DNA from: a virus
IMG/VR virus record: IMGVR_UViG_3300030104_004631
Coordinates: 1-64,000 of that record
Length of the DNA stretch: 64,000 nt
Strand: one strand, 5' to 3'
A program made the position numbers and the translations under genes. The first letter of the stretch is position 1. The number at the start of each line of letters is the position of its first letter. The notes beneath the pieces are model-generated. The model did not search any database. It was not told the DNA's origin and was given only the letters and a program-made list of their open reading frames with translations. Of the stretch, positions 53,329 to 60,897 are shown one piece after another.

Positions 53329-53865
53329 ATGACAGTTCTTAATGTATTAAGTACCAATTCAGTAGCCGCTGGTGCGACTGAATATCAAACAGTACAAACA
53401 GGATATTATAGAGTTGGTTCTACAGCAGGTGCTGCTACTGTTTCTTTTAACGGTGGTGCGGCAATAACTCTAGTACAAAATGAATTCATTCTTATCAAGG
53501 GTGGCAAACCTGGTCAAGCAAAAATAGTTAAAGCAGTTGATGATTCTACTGCTGATTACTTTGTTGGTGAGCATCTTCAAGATACATCTGCAAATCATCC
53601 ATTCTCTGTGGGAGATTTTATTGCGATTGTAGATGACTCTACTGATCCAGGAATTGATAGTAACTTCCTTTCTGCTGGCACTGCTGGTAAAAAAATTACT
53701 GCAATTTCAACTAGTAACTTATTAACTACTGACGTAGATTCTTCTTCAGCAAGTGCTGATTACACTTGGTCATCTGGTCCTAAGGCAAGAATTTTACGTG
53801 CTGTTAAGATAACAGCTGCCACTAGTGCAGTTATTGTTGAAGAAGTACAAGTAGTAGGCGGTTAA
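53329..53865 (+). CDS. Hypothetical, probably virion structural, beta-rich protein (178 aa)
   Basis: T/A/G/S/V-rich composition; HPFSVGDFI module similar to those in gp7. Confidence 0.7.
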   Translation: MTVLNVLSTNSVAAGATEYQTVQTGYYRVGSTAGAATVSFNGGAAITLVQNEFILIKGGKPGQAKIVKAVDDSTADYFVGEHLQDTSANHPFSVGDFIAIVDDSTDPGIDSNFLSAGTAGKKITAISTSNLLTTDVDSSSASADYTWSSGPKARILRAVKITAATSAVIVEEVQVVGG

Positions 53866-54552
53866 ATGGCTGAAGGTTTTAAGTCTGATATTCCACCCGC
53901 AATTAATCAAACCGCTAAGAAATACATTAGAGGTATGATGAAGGGTAAAAAACGTTGGTCTAAGTTATATGGCACACGTGATAAGGAAGTCATGCATAAG
54001 ACTGCGAATAAAATGGCACTTAAAGATAATCTGAAAGTTATGTATTACAAAGATTTCATCAACTTGGTTGAAGGCAATCCTACTACAAGGTTGCTTTCAA
54101 AAGCAAAATCTAAAACTACTGGAAATATTTCTGCAGATCGGGGAACCGATGAGAAGAAAAATAGATCGAGTAGAAAAAACCTTGAGAAAGATCTCAAGAA
54201 AAAAGGTATTGGTTACAAGAAAGGAGTCGGAGAATATAAATATTCATCAGGTGAAGGCACTGGACGTGAAGTCTCATACCAAACCTCTCCAGGTAAGGGA
54301 ATGAGTAAGCGTCGCTTTGGTAAAGTTATGCGACGATTGGGTCGCAAACATGGACAGGAATCAGTAATCACAAAGAAAGCAGGTAAATCTGCTAAACTGC
54401 ATGATACTGAATCAAAGAAACCCTCTAAGTCTATAAGTTTAGGAAAGGCAAAACCAGGAAAAAATCCTTCTGGACAGGGAGAAACTTCTGGAACAAAAGT
54501 TAGAAAAGGAAAACTAGGTAAAACCAACAAACCATCATACCATTATGGATAA
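53866..54552 (+). CDS. Basic protein with a SAM-lyase-like (SAMase/DUF3293-like) domain; candidate internal head protein
   Basis: ISADR...N.....L..DL...G..GEY...REVS...LGRKHGQESVI; internal MYYKDFINLVE motif. The CDS is solid; the function is inferred. Confidence 0.55.
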   Translation: MAEGFKSDIPPAINQTAKKYIRGMMKGKKRWSKLYGTRDKEVMHKTANKMALKDNLKVMYYKDFINLVEGNPTTRLLSKAKSKTTGNISADRGTDEKKNRSSRKNLEKDLKKKGIGYKKGVGEYKYSSGEGTGREVSYQTSPGKGMSKRRFGKVMRRLGRKHGQESVITKKAGKSAKLHDTESKKPSKSISLGKAKPGKNPSGQGETSGTKVRKGKLGKTNKPSYHYG

Positions 54553-56437
54553 CATGAAAGCAACTATCAATGAAAGGGGTGACCATTGGCATCCCGATCC
54601 TGAGAAGGATAAGAAGTTGGGTGGTCCTGGTGCTAATCAGCGTGCTCGTGAAGATCGTGCTGATGCTGCTAAACCAAAGTCTGATCCTAAGAAGTTGAGG
54701 AAGGGTGAATCATATATGGATTATGCTAAACGTCATGGACACAAGTCACCTACTAAGAAAAAATCTCTCTTGGGTCGTTTAGGTTTGAGGAAAGAAGCGT
54801 ATAGAGTGCTTGCTAAGGACAAAGGTGAAGAAGGTAAACCATCTCAGTTCTCATATAAGGATGAGAAGGATGCTAAGAAATTTGCTGATGGTATTAATAA
54901 GAAAGGTGGTAAGGCAACTGTGACTAAAGAACATCATACAAAAGATAAAGATGGTAAAGTAATAGAGCATGAGGATGGAACACCTAGTTCAGTAGAAGAA
55001 GAAATTAAGATGACTAGGAAAGCATATTCAAAAATCCATAAAGACTTTAGAAGTGACATGAAAAATCCTAGAACTACAAAGTATGTGCCAGGTAAAGGTA
55101 CAGTATCAATGCCTGTTAAGTTTGTGGAAGAAGGAAAAGGTTATCAACCAGAAATCGAACATAGTAAAATGGGTGATGCTAAAAAGAAAGCAGAGAAGAA
55201 AAGGAAAGAAGCAGAAAAGAGTTTACCACCACATCTAAAATTGGATACCATGAGAAAAGCATTTGCACACACTAACGAAAGTATTGATCTAACTGAAGAG
55301 TGGGTTGATGCTAGTATAGAAGTATCAGCAGATTACTTTTTTGCAGAAGGAATCAATGAAGATGGTCTTGATCAGATCATTGATGAAGTTGGACTAGAAG
55401 ATTTTGTAGATTTTGTTATTGATCCTATTGAAGAACTTAATGAAGAAAGGGCAGCAAGAAAGGCATCTGCTAAAGCACCTTCATATGAAAAGGTAAAGGC
55501 AAAGGTTGATGCTGGTGATGCAGCAAGAAAGAAAGCAGGTAAAGGTGAGTATGCTGATACTGCTGCTGCTAAACGTAACTATGGTGATGAAGAAGCACCA
55601 GAAGGTAAAACTGCTAAGAAAAAAGCAGTTGCCAAGGTTACTGTAAGGAAACCTAAAGCAGCACCTAAGAAGAAAGCAGCAACTAAAGCAAAGGTAGAGA
55701 AGGCAGTTAAGACTGCTAAGAAAACTCAACCAGCAAAACCAACATCAAAGAAAGGTTTGTTTGGTAAGGTGGGTGATGCTGTTAAGAAAGGTATGGAAAG
55801 ACATAACAAAGCAAGAGCAGCAGGTAAAGAACCAGAGAAGCGTGTAAAGGAATTCGCAAAAGGATTTAAGAAAGGTGTTAAGGATACAGTTAAGTTTGCT
55901 GGTAAGGTTAAGAAAGCAGTAACTACTGAGGAAAGAGTAGCTGAAGGACTAAAGAAAGCAAGAAAGAATGTGGGAGCATCTACTTGTTGGGATGGTTACA
56001 AAGCTCAAGGAACTAAAAAGAAAGGTGGTAAGGAAGTTCCTAACTGCGTGAAGGAAGAAGAACAAGAACTCAAAGAGTACTCACCAAATGTAAGCTACCA
56101 AGCAAAAGGTGGTAAGAAGTCTGGTAAATTAGGCAAGTCTTCTGTTTACAGTCTTAGGGGAGATGATGAAAGTAAAAAAGATTTTAGGAAGTCTCACGTT
56201 AAAGATGTGAAAGATGGTTATGTTGGTAAAGGACACAAACCTACACCAGGTAAGTTTAAGAAAGAAGAAGCATTAGTTGTTGATGAAGGTATCGGTGATA
56301 TGGCAATTAAAGCAATTGAAAAAACTAATCCTCCACATATCAGTAAGCGTTCTGACATGATGCGTAAAATTAAGTTGAATCAACTTAAGAGTTACTTGAA
56401 GAAACAGGACGAGAAAAAGAAAAAAGCAGCATCATAG
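54545..56437 (+). CDS. Lys-rich modular protein (630 aa); candidate internal-head polyprotein
   Basis: Short basic blocks separated by x-x-E/EE linkers; includes CWDGYKAQGTKKKGGKEVPNCV. Confidence 0.7.
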   Translation: MDNMKATINERGDHWHPDPEKDKKLGGPGANQRAREDRADAAKPKSDPKKLRKGESYMDYAKRHGHKSPTKKKSLLGRLGLRKEAYRVLAKDKGEEGKPSQFSYKDEKDAKKFADGINKKGGKATVTKEHHTKDKDGKVIEHEDGTPSSVEEEIKMTRKAYSKIHKDFRSDMKNPRTTKYVPGKGTVSMPVKFVEEGKGYQPEIEHSKMGDAKKKAEKKRKEAEKSLPPHLKLDTMRKAFAHTNESIDLTEEWVDASIEVSADYFFAEGINEDGLDQIIDEVGLEDFVDFVIDPIEELNEERAARKASAKAPSYEKVKAKVDAGDAARKKAGKGEYADTAAAKRNYGDEEAPEGKTAKKKAVAKVTVRKPKAAPKKKAATKAKVEKAVKTAKKTQPAKPTSKKGLFGKVGDAVKKGMERHNKARAAGKEPEKRVKEFAKGFKKGVKDTVKFAGKVKKAVTTEERVAEGLKKARKNVGASTCWDGYKAQGTKKKGGKEVPNCVKEEEQELKEYSPNVSYQAKGGKKSGKLGKSSVYSLRGDDESKKDFRKSHVKDVKDGYVGKGHKPTPGKFKKEEALVVDEGIGDMAIKAIEKTNPPHISKRSDMMRKIKLNQLKSYLKKQDEKKKKAAS

Positions 56438-56448
56438 ATCGATAAACG

Positions 56449-56456
56449 TATAAATA
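56449..56456 (+). promoter_or_regulatory. T4-type late promoter TATAAATA
   Basis: Perfect consensus in the intergenic region. Confidence 0.8.
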
Positions 56457-56526
56457 CTTCTACTCAAATCAACAACTTGCTGTGATATTAGGCAGGGAGG
56501 TTTGGGAGAAGCATTTTAAAACTTAA

Positions 56527-56688
56527 ATGACAGACGGATCTATAGAGTCTGATCTCAAGAAAGTCCAACAGAAGTTGAAAGATATTGAAAAGAAACAAGA
56601 GATAATGAATAAATTATATCAGTTGGATATTGAGAGAAAGAAGCAGATGGGAGAACGCCCATCTACACATCTCCATGAGATGACTTGA
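56527..56688 (+). CDS. Small coiled-coil hypothetical protein (53 aa, MTDGSIESDLKKVQQKL...)
   Basis: ORF below the track cut-off; fills the gap downstream of the late promoter. Confidence 0.65.
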   Translation: MTDGSIESDLKKVQQKLKDIEKKQEIMNKLYQLDIERKKQMGERPSTHLHEMT

Positions 56689-56712
56689 CAAGGTTGATAT
56701 AATAGATATAGA
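56675..56712 (+). promoter_or_regulatory. Sigma70-type (host RNAP) promoter
   Basis: Extended -10 TGaTATAAT at 56695-56703; TTGACA at 56685-56690 with TATAGA 16 nt downstream gives a second register; GAGAGG RBS before 56728. Confidence 0.55.
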
Positions 56713-56727
56713 AACAGACTGAGAGGT

Positions 56728-57045
56728 ATGACAGAAGAAGCGATTAAAAAACTCTGCTATACCAAAGCAGAAATAGATGCAATGATTGCTGAAGCCGTTG
56801 AAGAGGCACGGAGAATTGATGAAGCATCTATGGCAAAGCATAACCGAGAAGCAACTATCATTAGTATGATACTTGGTTTTACTGCACTTGCATTGTTTGT
56901 TGATGGTCTTCTTAGGATACTAGGAATCATTCCACCGTTCATGCACCTTGATGTCAACATCATTGATAAGATTACAGACAGAGTTGAGACTGATGTTATA
57001 GATAAGATTAGACAAGTTCCAATCAAGAAATTACTTAATCGATGA
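56728..57045 (+). CDS. Membrane protein (105 aa), picocyanobacterial-type hypothetical
   Basis: Hydrophobic segment IISMILGFTALALFVDGLLRILGIIPPF; GAGAGG RBS. Confidence 0.75.
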   Translation: MTEEAIKKLCYTKAEIDAMIAEAVEEARRIDEASMAKHNREATIISMILGFTALALFVDGLLRILGIIPPFMHLDVNIIDKITDRVETDVIDKIRQVPIKKLLNR

Positions 57046-57248
57046 AAAAACTATTGCTCCTTACACCCCTTCTCTTAATGGGGTGTGGACTAGGAATGAA
57101 TAATGGAGGTGGAGGCAGTGGATATGGTCTAGATGCATACTCCTTCATGAATACAGGTAGTGCAGACTCATACACTTGCGAAGAAGCAGGTGAAAATGCA
57201 GCAGCATACTATGCTACTGGTGAACATCCTAACTTAGCAGATTGTTAA
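57042..57248 (+). CDS. Putative small lipoprotein (68 aa)
   Basis: Signal peptide MKKLLLLTPLLLMGC with lipobox-like LMG-C; ATGA overlap. Confidence 0.65.
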   Translation: MKKLLLLTPLLLMGCGLGMNNGGGGSGYGLDAYSFMNTGSADSYTCEEAGENAAAYYATGEHPNLADC

Positions 57249-58147
57249 TGAAATATAATGTAGATATTGATGCAGGTAATGCTTTCGTTGAAAGATTAAA
57301 AACAAAAGCCCCTTACATTGGTGGATTTAATGGTATGATAAAGGTTCCTGTAGGATATGAGGAACCTCTTTTAGTATCTGGTGCTGATGGTGTTGGCACT
57401 AAAATTAATATTTGTAAGATATCAAGAGACTGGAAAACTATAGGTATTGACCTTGTTGCCATGTGTGTCAACGATGTTATTACATGTGGTGCTAGACCAT
57501 TATACTTTCTAGATTATATTTCTACTGGTAAGTTAACTCCTATTGTGGATGATATAATAGAAGGTATTCTTAAGGGATGTAATATAGCAGCTATAGATCT
57601 TTTAGGTGGAGAGACTGCTGAACATCCTAGACATGCACCTCCAAAAGCATATGGTGATGATATCGATCTTGCTGGTTTTTGTACTGGTATTATTGATAAG
57701 GGTGAAGTTATAGATGGTAAACTTATTAAAAAAGGAGATAAAATTATTGGTTTACCTAGTAGTGGTATTCATAGTAATGGATATAGTTTAATTAATGAAA
57801 TGTTATGGAGACATAAGATATCATGGGCAGATACTCCTGAGTTACTTACTCCCACTACAATCTATGCAAGACAAGTAGAAATATTATTACAAGAGTATCC
57901 TATAGTAGGTATGGCACATATCACTGGTGGTGGACTAGAAGAAAATGTATCTAGGGTTATTCCTAAAGGATTAAAAGCACATATAGATTGGACTTCTTGG
58001 GAAAGACCAGAGATCTTTAATAAGATAAAACAAGCAGGTGAAATAGAAGAGGAAGAAATGAGAAGAGTATTCAATTGTGGTATTGGTTATGCTATAATAG
58101 TTCCACCTGATATTGATTATGGTCTTCAAATAGGAGAGATAGTGTGA
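57248..58147 (+). CDS. purM: Phosphoribosylformylglycinamidine cyclo-ligase (AIR synthetase)
   Basis: VDIDAGN, GGF.G, DGVGTK, IGIDLVAMCVND....GA.PL.FLDY, GGETAE.P, SSG.HSNGYSL, AHITGGG, EM.RVFN.GIG; TAATG overlap supports the 57248 start. Confidence 0.97.
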   Translation: MKYNVDIDAGNAFVERLKTKAPYIGGFNGMIKVPVGYEEPLLVSGADGVGTKINICKISRDWKTIGIDLVAMCVNDVITCGARPLYFLDYISTGKLTPIVDDIIEGILKGCNIAAIDLLGGETAEHPRHAPPKAYGDDIDLAGFCTGIIDKGEVIDGKLIKKGDKIIGLPSSGIHSNGYSLINEMLWRHKISWADTPELLTPTTIYARQVEILLQEYPIVGMAHITGGGLEENVSRVIPKGLKAHIDWTSWERPEIFNKIKQAGEIEEEEMRRVFNCGIGYAIIVPPDIDYGLQIGEIV

Positions 58148-58178
58148 ACAAATATATAAAGTATGGAAAGTATTTAAA

Positions 58179-59309
58179 ATGAAAAAACTAGCAATTGTTG
58201 GAGCTGGTAATGCTGGATGTATATCAGCATTACATTTTAAACAACATGAACCAGATTTAGAAATTGATTTATATCATGACTCTGATCATCATCCTATTGA
58301 AAGAGTAGGACAAGGGACGACTATCCCTGTAGCAAAATTATTATCTCAGTCTTTAGACTGTACTTGGTATGATAATCCTATTGAAGCCACGTTGAAGGCA
58401 GGAATTTTATATAGGAATTGGGGAAAAATACATGATTGCCCTACCGAGCGTAGGCATGATGCATTCTTTCATGATTTCTACACTATGGATCAAGTAAGTA
58501 TGCATTACACACCAAAAAAATTAAGTGATGCTGTTTTATCTAGTAAGAAATTTAATGTTATAGAAAAAGAAATAAACGATCCCGAAGCAGAAATTGATTC
58601 TGATTTTATTATTGATTGTAGAGGTAAAAAATCTAGGGACAAAGAGAATCAAACCTATTTGTATAATCCCATCGATTCTGTTTTACTTGGAAGTGTTACA
58701 GATGATTGTAATGTTAATATTCTTAACTACACTGATAAGATCCAAATGCAATTTACTGAGGCATGTGCAACGCCTAACGGTTGGACTTTTATCGTTCCCA
58801 CTCAGAATAAAATAAGCCTTGGTTATCTTTATAATTCAACTATAACTACTAAAGAAGAAGCAACAAGAGACTTTAAAGATCGTTTTGGTGTAGAAGAAGT
58901 AGAACATGCAATGAAGTTTGATAACTACTGTTCTCTTAAACCATTTGTCGGTGAACGTACATTATTGAATGGTAATCAATGTGCATTTATTGAACCTTTA
59001 GAAGCTACTGCAACAGGGTTATATCTTTGGATTGCAAGGGTTGGTTATGATCGCTTTATTAATAAGAGACCTACTGATGAGTGTATAGAACTTATTCATA
59101 GAGAAGTTGATTCAATTGCCAATTTTGTTCTCTGGCATTATAAAACAGGTTCACCATTTGATAGTCGATTCTGGGATTACTGTACTACTATTCCTTTTAC
59201 ACCAATTCAAGAACCTATTGGTGATGAAAGGTATGGGCAATGGGGTAGAAAATCTTTTGATAATTGGAGATATAACACTGGTGGAGAGATAATAGAAAAT
59301 GCATCCTAA
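58179..59309 (+). CDS. Flavin-dependent halogenase-like protein (tryptophan halogenase/PrnA family)
   Basis: IVGAGNAG FAD motif, ATLKAGI.Y.NW, DFIIDCRG, NGWTFIVP, GYLYN, FIEPLEAT. Confidence 0.85.
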   Translation: MKKLAIVGAGNAGCISALHFKQHEPDLEIDLYHDSDHHPIERVGQGTTIPVAKLLSQSLDCTWYDNPIEATLKAGILYRNWGKIHDCPTERRHDAFFHDFYTMDQVSMHYTPKKLSDAVLSSKKFNVIEKEINDPEAEIDSDFIIDCRGKKSRDKENQTYLYNPIDSVLLGSVTDDCNVNILNYTDKIQMQFTEACATPNGWTFIVPTQNKISLGYLYNSTITTKEEATRDFKDRFGVEEVEHAMKFDNYCSLKPFVGERTLLNGNQCAFIEPLEATATGLYLWIARVGYDRFINKRPTDECIELIHREVDSIANFVLWHYKTGSPFDSRFWDYCTTIPFTPIQEPIGDERYGQWGRKSFDNWRYNTGGEIIENAS

Positions 59310-59595
59310 AGGTTACACTCAGGAGATGATCAAGGAAATGCTAGGCACTGCTTGGTTGGATAAAGATAATATACCTGAGTCTGGTAATCAGATTAGAAGA
59401 AGAAAGGGTAATGAGATGAGAGCAGGGTTGAGACCTTATCCCAAGTACCCATCAAAGGAGTCAAGGATAGCAGACACTTCAGGTAAGTTTGATGAGAATG
59501 GACAATATGTTTACCCTGAAGGTAGTGGATTTAATTGGATGGAAAAGATCGATCCTAATTCTCCTTGGAATTGTACAGGTGGTAAAGTGTCGTAG
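59299..59595 (+). CDS. Hypothetical protein (98 aa)
   Basis: ORF overlaps the upstream gene end by 11 nt. Confidence 0.65.
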   Translation: MHPKGYTQEMIKEMLGTAWLDKDNIPESGNQIRRRKGNEMRAGLRPYPKYPSKESRIADTSGKFDENGQYVYPEGSGFNWMEKIDPNSPWNCTGGKVS

Positions 59596-59608
59596 AATAC
59601 ACACACAA

Positions 59609-59641
59609 TTGCGTAATAATACTTACGTGCTATAATAAATA
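59609..59641 (+). promoter_or_regulatory. Sigma70-type promoter with an overlapping NtcA-like site and a late-like AATAAATA
   Basis: TTGCGT (59609-14), 16 nt, TATAAT (59631-36) preceded by TGc; GTA-N8-TAC at 59613-59626. Confidence 0.6.
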
Positions 59642-59664
59642 CTAATAGTTGGGATTGAAAAATC

Positions 59665-59868
59665 ATGCCCCTTTCACACTATACCATAGGGTATCACGAT
59701 GCAGAACAGCATCATCACGAAATATGCGAGTACGCTACACACTCGTATGAAGCAATTAAAGACGCAATAGAGGATGTTCCGTTTCTACGGGAGCATCCTT
59801 CTTTTGTTGATAGATGTACTAATGAATCAGGATTAGACTGGTTACGTTCACAAGGATCAATGGTATGA
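59665..59868 (+). CDS. Small His-rich hypothetical protein (67 aa), picocyanobacterial-type
   Basis: First ORF after the promoter; YTIGYHD...HHEICEYA..SYEAI..A.EDVP.L.EHP. Confidence 0.7.
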   Translation: MPLSHYTIGYHDAEQHHHEICEYATHSYEAIKDAIEDVPFLREHPSFVDRCTNESGLDWLRSQGSMV

Positions 59869-59978
59869 CTTCTATTACTAAAAATAAGCATGAGATCATG
59901 TGGTGGATGAGTAGACTCACCATCATGGGTGTCTCTTTATCACTGGCAATAACACTCGCTTCAACTGCTTGGGTCTAA
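59865..59978 (+). CDS. Small membrane peptide (37 aa, MTSITKNKHEIMWWMSRLTIMGVSLSLAITLASTAWV)
   Basis: ATGA overlap with the upstream stop; one hydrophobic helix; not in the track. Confidence 0.6.
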   Translation: MTSITKNKHEIMWWMSRLTIMGVSLSLAITLASTAWV

Positions 59979-59979
59979 A

Positions 59980-60153
59980 ATGGTTGTTTGGGGTGTGATC
60001 TGGATGGTTGCAATCCTTCTCATAATAGTAAGTTGGTATATTTACTATATACTTCGTATGTCTTATGCGGAGATGAATGATGGGCAGGATGACACCCCCA
60101 AGTCGGAAGAGTTGTTACAACTTCCGAGTGATAAAGATAGTCAAGGTGCTTGA
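59980..60153 (+). CDS. Small single-pass membrane protein (57 aa, MVVWGVIWMVAILLIIVSWYIYYILR...)
   Basis: ATG 1 nt after the upstream stop; strong N-terminal TM helix and acidic tail; not in the track. Confidence 0.6.
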   Translation: MVVWGVIWMVAILLIIVSWYIYYILRMSYAEMNDGQDDTPKSEELLQLPSDKDSQGA

Positions 60154-60544
60154 TGGTGACACTATTGATGTTACTATCGATCTCGGTTTTGATCTATACA
60201 AGAAAGAAAGAGTTAGAATTGCAGGAGTTGATACGCCAGAGAAGAGAACAAGAGATCTTGAAGAGAAAGCATTGGGAATAGATGCTACTAACTGGTTGAA
60301 AGAAAAACTTACTGAGACTATTAAAGGTGATGAGGAACTCACTATTAGAACTGAACTTAAGGGTGGCGTTGGGAAGTATGGTAGGCTTCTTGGTTGGCTC
60401 TACGTTGGCGAATCTAATATTTCACTAAATGAACTTATGATTGAGGAAGGTTATGCTTGGGAATATGATGGCGGCACTAAACAGAAGAATTTTGAGGAGC
60501 TACGTGAAATTAGGAGACACTTTGGGACTCTGGTCGAGTCTTGA
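60077..60544 (+). CDS. Staphylococcal nuclease (thermonuclease)-like protein
   Basis: KVLDGDTID, RVRIAGVDTPE, GKYGRLLG, N..MIEEGYA..Y.GG. Confidence 0.9.
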   Translation: MMGRMTPPSRKSCYNFRVIKIVKVLDGDTIDVTIDLGFDLYKKERVRIAGVDTPEKRTRDLEEKALGIDATNWLKEKLTETIKGDEELTIRTELKGGVGKYGRLLGWLYVGESNISLNELMIEEGYAWEYDGGTKQKNFEELREIRRHFGTLVES

Positions 60545-60554
60545 TCAAGTAACC

Positions 60555-60561
60555 CTAAATA
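60555..60561 (+). promoter_or_regulatory. Late promoter-like site (CTAAATA)
   Basis: In the gap after the nuclease, upstream of the genes leading into gp17. Confidence 0.4.
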
Positions 60562-60624
60562 CAAAAGGAGTGACCACCAGACGTTTATATGCTGAGTGGA
60601 CTATCCCAATTGAAGAATATGAAA

Positions 60625-60897
60625 ATGAATAAAATGCGAGAACAACTTATTAGAGCACTACTAGCACATGCACAAGGAGATATCCAAAAGCATGTAGCAA
60701 ATGTAGAAGTCTACCTCACTAACCCTGCAGGTATTGGAGAACATTCTGATATCACAGAAGCAATTGAAACTGAATTAAATATCATTGCTAAGTATCAGGA
60801 TCAAGTAGATGTGATAAACAAATATTTCAAACAAAAGAATTCTCCTGCTACACCAGATTACTCTCAATACAAATCTCAAGAATACAGACCAGAATAA
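60625..60897 (+). CDS. Conserved phage hypothetical protein
   Basis: AL..HA.G.I.KH.ANVEVYL.NP.GIGEH.DI.EAIE.EL; start ambiguous (60619, 60625 or 60634). Confidence 0.75.
   Translation: MNKMREQLIRALLAHAQGDIQKHVANVEVYLTNPAGIGEHSDITEAIETELNIIAKYQDQVDVINKYFKQKNSPATPDYSQYKSQEYRPE

Noticed and set aside
56728-57248. Rz/Rz1 spanin pair (TM protein plus lipoprotein)
   Set aside because: The TM segment is central rather than N-terminal, there is no long periplasmic coiled coil, the promoter is host-type and no lysis genes are adjacent
1359-60342. Many short minus-strand and alternate-frame ORFs in the track
   Set aside because: They lie within long + strand genes and read as antisense or frame shadows of biased codon usage, with no recognisable motifs
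60441-60632. 63-aa ORF overlapping the nuclease 3' end
   Set aside because: Non-ATG start, large overlap, no motif, and the gap it spans contains a late-promoter-like site
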